From Phapecoctavirus DIJ07P2, in the sequence record OZ035771.1: a stretch of DNA of 64,000 nt, one strand, 5' to 3'. Shown here in pieces: positions 53,268 through 62,318 of this stretch. The stretch's first letter is position 1; each line of letters opens with the position of its first letter. The position numbers and the translations under genes are program-made. Under the pieces are notes generated by a model, which searched no databases, had not been told where the DNA came from, and saw nothing but the letters and a program-made list of their open reading frames with translations.

Positions 53268-53768
53268 TTAGTTGTAAGCATCTAAAGTTCCAGAAGTCAG
53301 AACTTTAATTACTCGTTCAGCACGGTTTGGCGTCTGGCTATACCATCGGCTTTTACGCATGTTTTTACCTGCTTGAGTATAATATGCATTGCTGATTAAA
53401 GTCAAGCTATTTTTAAACCCTTCAGCACCTTTTAACCCCAACTGGAAAACCATGTTGATTATTCCCAATTTACGAGTATCACTCACCTTATCATAGATTG
53501 GTGATAAGATAGCACTGTTTTTTATGTCTCTCTTCACTTTTGCAACATCGTCAGCAAAGATTTGACGGGCTTCTTTTTCTGTGATAACTCCATTGGTCTT
53601 ACGACCAAGGAGATTATCTAAGATTTGAATAGCCTTTGCTTTATCTTTTATTTTAGTCAGAAGGTGTCCTATGCCGACTGTCCAATAACCAAGATGGTCT
53701 TGATAAACAGTAAGCTTCAGTCCTTCATCGACTCGTAGCATATCAAACTCATCTACTACTTTAGCCAT
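53268..53768 (-). CDS. T4-type lysozyme (endolysin)
   Basis: FDMLRVDEGLKLTVYQDHLGYWTVGIGHLLTK and NMVFQLG...SRWYSQTPNRAERVI closely parallel T4 lysozyme as recalled. Confidence 0.9.
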   Translation of the reverse strand: MAKVVDEFDMLRVDEGLKLTVYQDHLGYWTVGIGHLLTKIKDKAKAIQILDNLLGRKTNGVITEKEARQIFADDVAKVKRDIKNSAILSPIYDKVSDTRKLGIINMVFQLGLKGAEGFKNSLTLISNAYYTQAGKNMRKSRWYSQTPNRAERVIKVLTSGTLDAYN

Positions 53769-53775
53769 TTACTTC

Positions 53776-53925
53776 CTATTCGTCATCTCCTACTCCGTGA
53801 TCCAACTCGTTAAACAACAGGTGTTCTGGAGAAGTTTCACGTTTTGGTTTCGTTTTCTTTATGTTGGACTTCAGCTCATTTGCCAAAGCACGAGAAAAGA
53901 TCTTACGTTTCTGTTTACTTTTCAT
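53776..53925 (-). CDS. Small basic protein (49 aa), self-derived
   Basis: MKSKQKRKIFSRALANELKSNIKKTKPKRETSPEHLLFNELDHGVGDDE. Confidence 0.35.
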   Translation of the reverse strand: MKSKQKRKIFSRALANELKSNIKKTKPKRETSPEHLLFNELDHGVGDDE

Positions 53926-53930
53926 AATTG

Positions 53931-54191
53931 TTACTCCGCAATTTGAGCCATGAGATCACGCAGTTCGGTAAAACCGCCTACGTATGTTACCTCCCCGTTC
54001 ACTTCAGACAGAATTTGTGGAAATGTGCGTGGAGGAACTCCGGTAAGATCAACAACTGTTTTAGTCATTGATTCTAAATCGTAGTCTTGGTCAAGACTTA
54101 AATATTCAAACTGTTTATTGCGCATGGTTAATAGTTGTTTTGACATTTCGCAAAATTGACAGTTAGGTTTACCAAAAATTACAAATTCCAT
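53931..54191 (-). CDS. Glutaredoxin/thioredoxin-like redox protein (probable RNR reductant)
   Basis: 86 aa with CQFC active-site motif; lies between rmlD and lysozyme in the nrd operon. Confidence 0.6.
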   Translation of the reverse strand: MEFVIFGKPNCQFCEMSKQLLTMRNKQFEYLSLDQDYDLESMTKTVVDLTGVPPRTFPQILSEVNGEVTYVGGFTELRDLMAQIAE

Positions 54192-55033
54192 TACCTCTCC
54201 TTATTAAGTAATACTGCTAAAGACCGTTCAATACCTTTATTTAAATCTGATTTTGTAAGATAGTGACTGGTTACTAATTGTGACTTCACCGGACGTGCTG
54301 CTGGAGCATTATAGGTTGAAGCTGATACCGCCGATATCTTAACAGGTTCTGGCATCTGTGTCAAGATCTTTTCCGCAAACTCCGCCCAAGAAATAAGATG
54401 GCTTCCTGCAAAATGGTAAGTCTTTACAGATCTTGACCAACCTGTTTTTAATACTTCAAAAATAGCTTCTGCTAAATCTGGGGCATATGTTGGACAAGAG
54501 AACTGATCAGCAACAATAATAAAATCACGTTGTCCATCATTATAGCGAGACAACATGGTTTTTAGAAAGTTATTTCCAAATTCACTATATACAGACGCTG
54601 TTCGAATAATATATGCGTTTGGGTTAACTCCTCGCACCATTTTTTCACCGAGTTCTTTCGTATACCCATAATTGTTTATCGGGTTAGGTGTAGTGTCTTC
54701 AAAAATAGGATGAGAATAATTAAAAATATAGTCTGTAGAAATATGCACAAAATCAATTTTAAGTTTGCTGCACACTGCCGCAATATTTGCAGGGCCATAG
54801 GCATTAACAGCCAAAGCAGTAGCAAAATCCTGTTCTGCTTTATCTACAGCCGTATAAGCAGCGCAATTAATAACACCATCTACATAATCTTCAACAATAG
54901 CGTTTCGCACAGCTTCAAAATTTGTAATATCTACACGTTCTTTAGGATAAATTAAAGACACATTTGAAGGAGCCACTTTACGTAAAGCTTGTCCCAGTTG
55001 TCCATTACCACCCAATACCAGATATGTTAGCAT
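54191..55033 (-). CDS. rmlD: dTDP-4-dehydrorhamnose reductase
   Basis: LVLGGNGQLG Rossmann motif, STDYIF and YGYTK motifs. Confidence 0.8.
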   Translation of the reverse strand: MLTYLVLGGNGQLGQALRKVAPSNVSLIYPKERVDITNFEAVRNAIVEDYVDGVINCAAYTAVDKAEQDFATALAVNAYGPANIAAVCSKLKIDFVHISTDYIFNYSHPIFEDTTPNPINNYGYTKELGEKMVRGVNPNAYIIRTASVYSEFGNNFLKTMLSRYNDGQRDFIIVADQFSCPTYAPDLAEAIFEVLKTGWSRSVKTYHFAGSHLISWAEFAEKILTQMPEPVKISAVSASTYNAPAARPVKSQLVTSHYLTKSDLNKGIERSLAVLLNKER

Positions 55034-55593
55034 ACACCCTCGCTACGTAGCTGTTGAAAAGACTTAGCCATTGCATCTTTTGTTGATAAGATAGGTTTAA
55101 AATCTTCGTCAAAAATCATATCGAAGCCCCAATCAATCCCTATATCAGGATCATCCCAACGTAAACTTTGTTCGCTGGAAGGGTCGTATGGAGTTGTGCA
55201 TTTGTATTCGAAGATAGCATCCATACTCAACACTATAAAACCATGCGCCAAACCAGGTGGAAGCCAGAACTGTGTATGGTGTCGTGCACGAAGAACAACA
55301 CCGTCCCAAGCACCGTAAGTAGGACTATCTTTACGTAGGTCTACAGCGAAATCCAATACTTCCCCACTTACACAACGAACAAGCTTACCTTGCGGATTAT
55401 TTGTTTGAAAGTGCATTCCTCGCAAAACACCGAAGTTTGATTTAGACATGTTATCTTGAACGAAAGTTTGTCTACCGATGATATCTTCGTATTTTTGTTC
55501 ATTATATGTTTCTAAAAAGAAACCACGATCATCTTTATAAACGTCTGGTTTGATAATTACCGCACCTTCAATTTTTGTTTTTTCTACTTTCAT
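55027..55593 (-). CDS. rmlC: dTDP-4-dehydrorhamnose 3,5-epimerase
   Basis: KIEGAVIIKPDVYKDDRGFF, GMHFQ, WLPPGLAHGF cupin motifs; start moved to MKVEKTK after GGAGAG. Confidence 0.8.
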   Translation of the reverse strand: MKVEKTKIEGAVIIKPDVYKDDRGFFLETYNEQKYEDIIGRQTFVQDNMSKSNFGVLRGMHFQTNNPQGKLVRCVSGEVLDFAVDLRKDSPTYGAWDGVVLRARHHTQFWLPPGLAHGFIVLSMDAIFEYKCTTPYDPSSEQSLRWDDPDIGIDWGFDMIFDEDFKPILSTKDAMAKSFQQLRSEGVC

Positions 55594-55737
55594 TTTCTCT
55601 CCGCTAATTTGAGTAGGTATTGCCCGTACTCTGTTTTCTTCAGTGAGTTTCCATGATATACCAAAGTCTCTAAAGAAATCCACCCTTTTTTGAAAGCAAT
55701 TTCTTCCAGGCACGCAATCTTCAACCCTTGACGGTTC

Positions 55738-56658
55738 TCAATAGTTTGCACTCCAACCCAGTTCAGACTCTATCTTAGAAGGATTGATTTCATAACGCAA
55801 GTCATGCCCTTTACGATCTTCAACAAAAGTTATCAAGTTGGAAGAAGGGTAGGTTCCTGCTTCTGGATGTACAGCATCCATGTAGTCACAAACCATATAG
55901 ATGATCTCCATATTGGTTTTGGGATTACGTGTTCCCACATTATACGTTTTACCTGGTTCTCCACCTGTTGCCACTTGAAGAATAGCTCGCGCATGATCCT
56001 CAACAAAAAGCCAGTCTCGCACCTGATCGCCTTTACCATACACCGGAATCTCTTTATTCGTCAAGATACTTGTGATGATTTTTGGGATCAGCTTTTCTGG
56101 ATGTTGATAGGGTCCAAAGTTATTGGAGCAGTTGGTTATCACAACAGGCAAATCGTAGGTACGGTGCCAAGCTTTCACAAGATGGTCAGATGCTGCCTTA
56201 GACGCACTGTATGGGCTTGAAGGGGCATAAGCTGTCTCTTCGGTAAAGGGAACGCCAGAGTCTGCCATATCGCCGTACACTTCGTCTGTGGAGACGTGTA
56301 CGAACATCTTCAGTTTATTCTTTGGGAGGAGCCTTGCAGCTTCCAATAAATTGTATGTACCAATAATATTGGAGTCGATGAAAACTCGTGGATTCTTGAT
56401 AGAATTATCCACATGACTCTCTGCCGCTAAGTGAATGATGAAATCGGGATTGCACTCTACTACTAAACTTTTTACTTGGGCTTCGTTTGCCAAATCTGTC
56501 ATGCTTAGTTTAACGTGAGTGATATCGCCTACATTCTCAATATCTGCTGCATAGCTCATCTTATCAACGACAAAAACTTCGTTATTAGGATCTTGACAAA
56601 GAGAGCGCACCACGGCACTCCCAATAAAACCAAGACCACCTGTTACCAGATAGCGCAT
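55738..56658 (-). CDS. rmlB: dTDP-glucose 4,6-dehydratase
   Basis: MRYLVTGGLGFIGS, YSASKAASDHLV (YxxxK), HVSTDEVYG. Confidence 0.85.
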   Translation of the reverse strand: MRYLVTGGLGFIGSAVVRSLCQDPNNEVFVVDKMSYAADIENVGDITHVKLSMTDLANEAQVKSLVVECNPDFIIHLAAESHVDNSIKNPRVFIDSNIIGTYNLLEAARLLPKNKLKMFVHVSTDEVYGDMADSGVPFTEETAYAPSSPYSASKAASDHLVKAWHRTYDLPVVITNCSNNFGPYQHPEKLIPKIITSILTNKEIPVYGKGDQVRDWLFVEDHARAILQVATGGEPGKTYNVGTRNPKTNMEIIYMVCDYMDAVHPEAGTYPSSNLITFVEDRKGHDLRYEINPSKIESELGWSANY

Positions 56659-56667
56659 CAGTTCTCC

Positions 56668-56994
56668 TTACCAGACGTTTTGTGATACTAATGTTTCAGT
56701 TTCAATATTATACTTATTAAGCAGTTCAAAATAGATCTCATTCGCTTTTTTATTTAAGCTTGTGAGGTCTATGGCACAAGCACCACAGCCGCTACACAGC
56801 TTGACACCGAAGACACAATCTTCAGGATCTGCATCGTACCACGGGGAAATGTTTTCCAAGCCCAAACCTTCGCAGAGAAACCAATTAAAGTCCCCATCGA
56901 ACTGGTCTTCAACTTGTGGGTCGTCTCCAAATATTTCTTTCCATTTATCATATGGTGCACCCTGTAACATACGCCATTCGATATCAATACCCAT
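56668..56994 (-). CDS. Cys-containing small protein (108 aa)
   Basis: CSGCGAC cluster; upstream of rmlB. Confidence 0.5.
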   Translation of the reverse strand: MGIDIEWRMLQGAPYDKWKEIFGDDPQVEDQFDGDFNWFLCEGLGLENISPWYDADPEDCVFGVKLCSGCGACAIDLTSLNKKANEIYFELLNKYNIETETLVSQNVW

Positions 56995-57148
56995 TATTCA
57001 TCTCCTCCTCTTCTTGAGCAGCTTTAATAATTGCTTCATAAATATCGTAAGCAATACCTCCACAACATCTAGCTTCGAAAGCTATTGCTTCTGCAATGTG
57101 ATCTGTTAATTCTCGTGGAATGCGGACATACTCTTTTTCACTCTCCAT
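56984..57148 (-). CDS. Small protein (54 aa), self-derived
   Basis: MESEKEYVRIPRELTDHIAEAIAFEARCCGGIAYDIYEAIIKAAQEEEEMNNGY; overlaps both neighbours. Confidence 0.4.
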   Translation of the reverse strand: MESEKEYVRIPRELTDHIAEAIAFEARCCGGIAYDIYEAIIKAAQEEEEMNNGY

Positions 57149-57290
57149 CTTCTACCTCCAACCCTTCTTTTTCAAAGACTACTACTCGCCCCTCACCATG
57201 ACAATTCAGGCAAGGAAATGTTACCATAATTTCCACTTCCATTTGTCCAGTCCCACCACACACAGGACAAAAAATAAGTTTTTCAGCCAT
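57138..57290 (-). CDS. Zinc-ribbon micro-protein (50 aa), self-derived
   Basis: AGGAGG RBS; CPVCGG...CLNCHG two CxxC pairs; TAATG overlap with upstream stop. Confidence 0.45.
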   Translation of the reverse strand: MAEKLIFCPVCGGTGQMEVEIMVTFPCLNCHGEGRVVVFEKEGLEVEDGE

Positions 57291-57499
57291 TATTCCTCCT
57301 TAATTATTTCAAACTTGGCAACACCATTTACAATAATATGACCACAAGACATAACTCCTAGCCAAGGATCGCCGTTTTTCTTCAGGCGTTTACCGAATAC
57401 ATCACAAAAACCATTCTTCATTTCAGAGGCTTCATAAGAAGCCCCTTTATCAAAAACGTCTTTGAATGTGTCGATTATACCAACACATTTCAAAATCAT
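57290..57499 (-). CDS. Hypothetical protein (69 aa)
   Basis: ORF just downstream of nrdB. Confidence 0.5.
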   Translation of the reverse strand: MILKCVGIIDTFKDVFDKGASYEASEMKNGFCDVFGKRLKKNGDPWLGVMSCGHIIVNGVAKFEIIKEE

Positions 57500-58584
57500 T
57501 CGAAGTCAAGCTCCTCATCATCAGAGAGATCTTTGTTAGCTGAATTTAATTTGTAGTTAGTTAACTGAATCTCTTGGGCTGCTGACTGAATCAAATCAGG
57601 ATTCAACCATTTTTCCATCCAAGCTAAAGGACTATGTTTAGGTGCTTTAAACTTGGCTTTCATTTTCAATCGACGATAAATAGGAGCAGCATTGAAATAA
57701 ACCCATTGTTTAGACAATTCGGCGTTAAGACCTACAATAAAACGCCCTTCACTAAACAGGTAGTCACACCACTGTTCCTCTTGTTCAACAACAGTGTCGA
57801 GAATCAAAGTCAACTCTTCGATATTGTCTTCGTAAATTTTACGCCAAATTGGGTCATGCATCAATGCATCAATTACAGCATAATCCATCTTAACATGCAA
57901 GATTTCATCTAGCATAATTTTCTGGATCAGTTTACAAGCTCCAACAAACAGTTGTTGTTCTGCCATAGCAAAAGTAGCAGAGAAGGAAGATATAAACTGA
58001 ATACCTTCTAACCCAATCAGGGCTACCATCCCTTTAAGAATCAGCAGTCGAAGTTCATCGTTAGCTTCAATCAATCCTAGAGCATACTTATGACCAGCTT
58101 CTTCCAACTGACCCATGATATCAGCAATGATACCCATACGATTGAAAATTTTATCATTAATCATAATCTGATTGATGACTTCGATTGGATCTGGAGTACA
58201 TTGACGGATTATTTCAGAATACGTTAACGCATGGAGAACTTCCATTTCACTCTGCTTCATCATCATAGCACAGGCTTCATTGTTACTCAAGAATGGAGAG
58301 AACAAAGTGATGATTGATTTTGCAAGAGAATCATTTTCCCATTGGAACGATAAGTTTTTAATCATAACATCATAGTTGTTTTTAGAACAAGCTACGAAAT
58401 CTTTACGTGTCTGATCCAAGTTAACTTCGTTTTCATCCCAATCTTGTGCTTTTTGAAGTTTGTAGAGTTTGTGCATTTCTGGATAAGTCACGTTAACAGA
58501 ATCAAAGATCCCTAATTGTTCCCCTAAAAATACTGGATATTTTCCTGTTTTGTAAACTTCATTGTGTAAATTAATTGCTGCCAT
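57496..58584 (-). CDS. nrdB: Ribonucleotide reductase small subunit (class I)
   Basis: 362 aa with E..H iron-ligand motifs (EMEVLHALTYSE, LEGIQFISSF, EILHVK). Confidence 0.9.
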   Translation of the reverse strand: MAAINLHNEVYKTGKYPVFLGEQLGIFDSVNVTYPEMHKLYKLQKAQDWDENEVNLDQTRKDFVACSKNNYDVMIKNLSFQWENDSLAKSIITLFSPFLSNNEACAMMMKQSEMEVLHALTYSEIIRQCTPDPIEVINQIMINDKIFNRMGIIADIMGQLEEAGHKYALGLIEANDELRLLILKGMVALIGLEGIQFISSFSATFAMAEQQLFVGACKLIQKIMLDEILHVKMDYAVIDALMHDPIWRKIYEDNIEELTLILDTVVEQEEQWCDYLFSEGRFIVGLNAELSKQWVYFNAAPIYRRLKMKAKFKAPKHSPLAWMEKWLNPDLIQSAAQEIQLTNYKLNSANKDLSDDEELDFE

Positions 58585-58601
58585 TTAAAATTCTCCTCGA
58601 T

Positions 58602-58622
58602 AAAAAAGGGGGCCGAAGCCCC
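58602..58622 (-). terminator. Minus-strand terminator (GGGGC-TTCG-GCCCC + TTTTTT)
   Basis: Between endonuclease stop and nrdB RBS. Confidence 0.55.
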
Positions 58623-58629
58623 TTTATAT

Positions 58630-59286
58630 TTAGCCTCGAAACACTGTTTTTGTTTCAGCCAGATGCCAATAGAAATCCGCCTTGTTTACAAGAGTGTTGT
58701 ACACCTCTTGATAAAAATGTTCTTCCTCTTTGTAACGATCCGCTGTTTCCCTGATTGACTTAGCTTTATCCTTTAGCCAAGCGAAGTGTGCCTCTTCCTC
58801 TGTAGCGAAGTAACCTAAATGCTTACCTTTGCTCCCAGAAGCTTTGGCATAAATCTTACCATCTTTCCTAACATGTGCTCCTAGTAAGTATTTTCTTTCA
58901 TACCTCTTAGCATAACTTAAGAGTGTATTTATGTAAGGAGGAACAAACCTACAATATTCAGGACAGTAAACAGTATTTCCTTCAAGAACAAGATCTTTAT
59001 CTAAAACAAAGCCTTCCACGTTATGTTCTTGATACCAGTTATCAAAGTTTGAAAAGGTGAACCAAGCATCACACACGGTAACATCTTTATAACCTGGTCT
59101 AATGTTTTCCATACGATATGCGCGATTAAACATGCCTTTCCAAGCTGCATAGGAAGGATCTATGAATGTATTAACCCTTTTTCCATTGATAACACCACCT
59201 TCCCACAATCTACGTTCAACATCCACAATCAAGGGGATTTCTCCCCTCTCTGTGAGAACGGTAACTTTACGTTTACCCTTCTTCAT
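58630..59286 (-). CDS. Freestanding homing endonuclease-like protein (AP2-like domain) between nrdA and nrdB
   Basis: GKHLGYFATEEEAHFAW AP2-like segment; intergenic position between nrdA and nrdB. Confidence 0.55.
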   Translation of the reverse strand: MKKGKRKVTVLTERGEIPLIVDVERRLWEGGVINGKRVNTFIDPSYAAWKGMFNRAYRMENIRPGYKDVTVCDAWFTFSNFDNWYQEHNVEGFVLDKDLVLEGNTVYCPEYCRFVPPYINTLLSYAKRYERKYLLGAHVRKDGKIYAKASGSKGKHLGYFATEEEAHFAWLKDKAKSIRETADRYKEEEHFYQEVYNTLVNKADFYWHLAETKTVFRG

Positions 59287-59297
59287 CTGTTCTCCTA

Positions 59298-61541
59298 CTA
59301 CATTTTACAGGCACTACACCCTTCGTCTTCAGAATCTTCTTGTGCTAAAGAATCTGCTGATTTTGTTCTACTGTTAAGATAATACAACGACTTGCCACCC
59401 AATCTAGCAAAATTCAGAATAAACTGCATCTCGGCTTTCACTGATAAACGTCCACCTACCAATTTAGAATAATCTAGCCAAGAATCACAAGAAATTCCTT
59501 GGTCTGTAAACTTGGTAAAGATACCATACATTTCTGCAAGGTCTTTAGCCGGAGTATCCCAGGCGGATTGGTAGAACATTTTCAGTTTTTCGTAGTCTGG
59601 AACAATAAATAATACACTACCTTTCTGACTTTGTTTATACATAATAGTATCACGAACAGGGTACAGAGAGTTAGTAGTATTGCTTACCAAACTGCTGGAC
59701 TCATTAGGTGCAATAGCAGCCAAGACACTATTACGGATACCACCTTGTTCAATGATTTCAGCACGTAAACCTTCCCAGTCCATTTTAAGATCAAAGTTAC
59801 CGACACTATCTACTGCTTTAGCATAGGTGTCAATCGGTAGCCAACCTTGAGGCCATTTGGTCTTATCGATCCATTCTGCATTACCTTTTTCCTTAGCCAG
59901 ACGCAAAGAGGCTTTTGCCAACCAAAAGTAATGACGTTCTGCAAGTTCATGCATTAATTTTTTAGCATAATCATCTGAATAATTTACAAAATTACTTGCC
60001 AAGTAATGTGCTAAGTTTGTAATGCCTACACCAATAGATCTACGTGCTTTAGCAGTTATTTCGTTATGTTTAAATGGATAATCCATTGTTTCAATAACGT
60101 TGTCAATTGTCAATACAGTGTAGTATGCAACATCCTCATATTCTTCAGGTAATACACGACCAGCAACAATAGAAGATAAGAAACATAAAGCCAATTCTTG
60201 ATCTTCTGTATTTTCACCAGTAAAGAGATCCGGCATACTGTGAAAAGCTTTAGTTGGTAAGAAGATCTCTTGACACAGGTTTGATTGATACACCGTATCC
60301 AAGAAAGGTGTATGGTTGTTAACGTTGTCAGCAAAGAACATGTAAATACGTCCTGTTTCTGCACGTTGAACAATAATCTCTGTCAGAAGATCACGAGCCT
60401 TAACAAATTTTTTCTTAATGCGACGTCGGCTTACTTTGTCATAAACTGCATCAAACTCTTCTTCACTTTTATACAAAGCTTCATAAAGTTCAGGAGCATC
60501 ATCACAACTAACTAACATCCAGTCTTCGTTTTTTGCTGCTCGACGCAAGAACGAACGGTTAACAACAATAGAATAATCCAGTTTGTCTACTCGTTTATCT
60601 ATAGGTGTTGTTGGATTCTTCAGTCGAATCAGATCGTCGAAGTCTGGTTCAAGTATGGTAAAGGTAACTGTAGCACTACCTCCACGGCTTGCTTGCTTCG
60701 AAGCTCCAACACTATCTTCCATCCATTTCAGATACGGAAGAAGACCACCGTGAATAATACGATTATTCTTAACACCTTGACCTGTGGCACGAGTTTGAAG
60801 ATTAACACCAATACCTGCGTTATTCAATGTATACTCATGAGCTAAGTAATTAGCAATGGCTAAAGATTCTGCCGTATCGTCTGCACGGAATAAACAACAA
60901 GACGCACTTCCTTTGATTGGAGTTCGTAGAGTCGTCAGATACGGCGATGGCAGATTAATCTTAAGATCGCTAACATAAGTATAAAGTTTTTTAATATCTT
61001 CTATACGGCGTTCTTTTGGTTGGATCTCCATAACCTTCATTGCGATACCAATGAAAAGAAACTGTGGAGACTCATGCACCACATCGTTTACTGCATCTCG
61101 AATAAGATATTTATCTACCATCTGACGTAAAACAGAATAACCATAAGTTAGATTTTTATTATGCTTTACAATCTTACCGATTTCTTTGATCTCTTCGTCA
61201 GTATAATCCATTTTAGCCCAATGTCCACGTTCTACCATATCATGATAAAAGGTATTCAGTGAAGGGATACTGTGGTATCCCCCATGAGCCTGTTTGTAAA
61301 TCATACCCAGAAGAAGTCTTCCTGCCATATCACTGTAAGCTTGTGTTTTCTTGTCAATACACGCTGCAATCATTGCTTTATGCAGATCACGTGTAGACAC
61401 ACCGTCATAACACCGCTTCACAGCTTCTAATTCAATTTCAGACCAGTTTAGTTTACCTGCTGCAAATTCAGACCACTTGCGAAGTTTTTCTGGATTAAAC
61501 TCCTCTGTCTTACCGTTAGATTTAGTTACAAAACGAATCAA
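59298..61541 (-). CDS. nrdA: Ribonucleotide reductase large subunit (class Ia)
   Basis: 747 aa; N-terminal ATP-cone-like segment, catalytic-core similarity by eye. Confidence 0.9.
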   Translation of the reverse strand: MIRFVTKSNGKTEEFNPEKLRKWSEFAAGKLNWSEIELEAVKRCYDGVSTRDLHKAMIAACIDKKTQAYSDMAGRLLLGMIYKQAHGGYHSIPSLNTFYHDMVERGHWAKMDYTDEEIKEIGKIVKHNKNLTYGYSVLRQMVDKYLIRDAVNDVVHESPQFLFIGIAMKVMEIQPKERRIEDIKKLYTYVSDLKINLPSPYLTTLRTPIKGSASCCLFRADDTAESLAIANYLAHEYTLNNAGIGVNLQTRATGQGVKNNRIIHGGLLPYLKWMEDSVGASKQASRGGSATVTFTILEPDFDDLIRLKNPTTPIDKRVDKLDYSIVVNRSFLRRAAKNEDWMLVSCDDAPELYEALYKSEEEFDAVYDKVSRRRIKKKFVKARDLLTEIIVQRAETGRIYMFFADNVNNHTPFLDTVYQSNLCQEIFLPTKAFHSMPDLFTGENTEDQELALCFLSSIVAGRVLPEEYEDVAYYTVLTIDNVIETMDYPFKHNEITAKARRSIGVGITNLAHYLASNFVNYSDDYAKKLMHELAERHYFWLAKASLRLAKEKGNAEWIDKTKWPQGWLPIDTYAKAVDSVGNFDLKMDWEGLRAEIIEQGGIRNSVLAAIAPNESSSLVSNTTNSLYPVRDTIMYKQSQKGSVLFIVPDYEKLKMFYQSAWDTPAKDLAEMYGIFTKFTDQGISCDSWLDYSKLVGGRLSVKAEMQFILNFARLGGKSLYYLNSRTKSADSLAQEDSEDEGCSACKM

Positions 61542-61557
61542 CTTCTCCTCCCTATTA

Positions 61558-61812
61558 TTAATGCATATTCAAAACATCTACATCATAACCGAACTTCATT
61601 TCATTAAAAAGTCCATTAGCATATAGAAAACCTTCAAAATGAGTTATGTCATCAAACCCTTTTGCTTTTGCTCGACGGTCTGCTTCTTGTCTTTTAGGAG
61701 ATAAACGTTTTGAAGTGTCTAGAATTACAGTTACATTACAACCAACAGTTTCATCAAAATAGACTTCGATTTCACAGCCTTCATATTTATTATCAGTCAT
61801 TGTCCCTCTCAT
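61558..61812 (-). CDS. Hypothetical protein (84 aa)
   Basis: ORF upstream of nrdA. Confidence 0.5.
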   Translation of the reverse strand: MRGTMTDNKYEGCEIEVYFDETVGCNVTVILDTSKRLSPKRQEADRRAKAKGFDDITHFEGFLYANGLFNEMKFGYDVDVLNMH

Positions 61813-62219
61813 TGATTAGCATCATCTGCTTTCGCAGGATCATAAGAGTTACCGAAATCATCCATCTTAATATGTGACGCACCCCAACCTGTAAATTCTT
61901 CATCACCAAAATGAAAAATATCATTTTCTTGATAGATTCGTTTAAAACCACAATTAGGTGAAACAGGGAAAGTGAAAAGCGTTGTATTTGCAAACACTAC
62001 TCGCTTATCGTTATTGCTTCGGATATTCACATTACGCTCAACAGAATAGTGTGAATCTTCAGCCATACCCAGCATTACAAGCGACGCTCTAATAATAGCA
62101 TTTTGTTTCTCGTGTGGGATATTGCCATTGTGTTTATTTGATTCTAGTTTCCAGATAGGGGTAGACATTACAGTAGACATGCTTACGGTAGCCCAAGTTG
62201 TAGTATTTACTAATGACAT
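61809..62219 (-). CDS. Hypothetical protein (about 136 aa)
   Basis: Start moved to MSLVNTT after AAGGAG. Confidence 0.5.
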   Translation of the reverse strand: MSLVNTTTWATVSMSTVMSTPIWKLESNKHNGNIPHEKQNAIIRASLVMLGMAEDSHYSVERNVNIRSNNDKRVVFANTTLFTFPVSPNCGFKRIYQENDIFHFGDEEFTGWGASHIKMDDFGNSYDPAKADDANQ

Positions 62220-62318
62220 ATTTTCTCCTTCATTTTGAATGGGAGGACTCACCTCCTCCCAGTATTGTGCTATATTATACTAAAACTAATACTAAAGTCA
62301 ATAACTATTTAAAACAGA

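Noticed and set aside
55804-56220. Antisense ORFs inside rmlB, the helicase, the recombinase and other long genes (e.g. 55804-56220, 5970-6227, 32417-32761, 11643-12149)
   Set aside because: They lie wholly within well-supported genes on the opposite strand and lack RBS or coupling; considered shadow ORFs.
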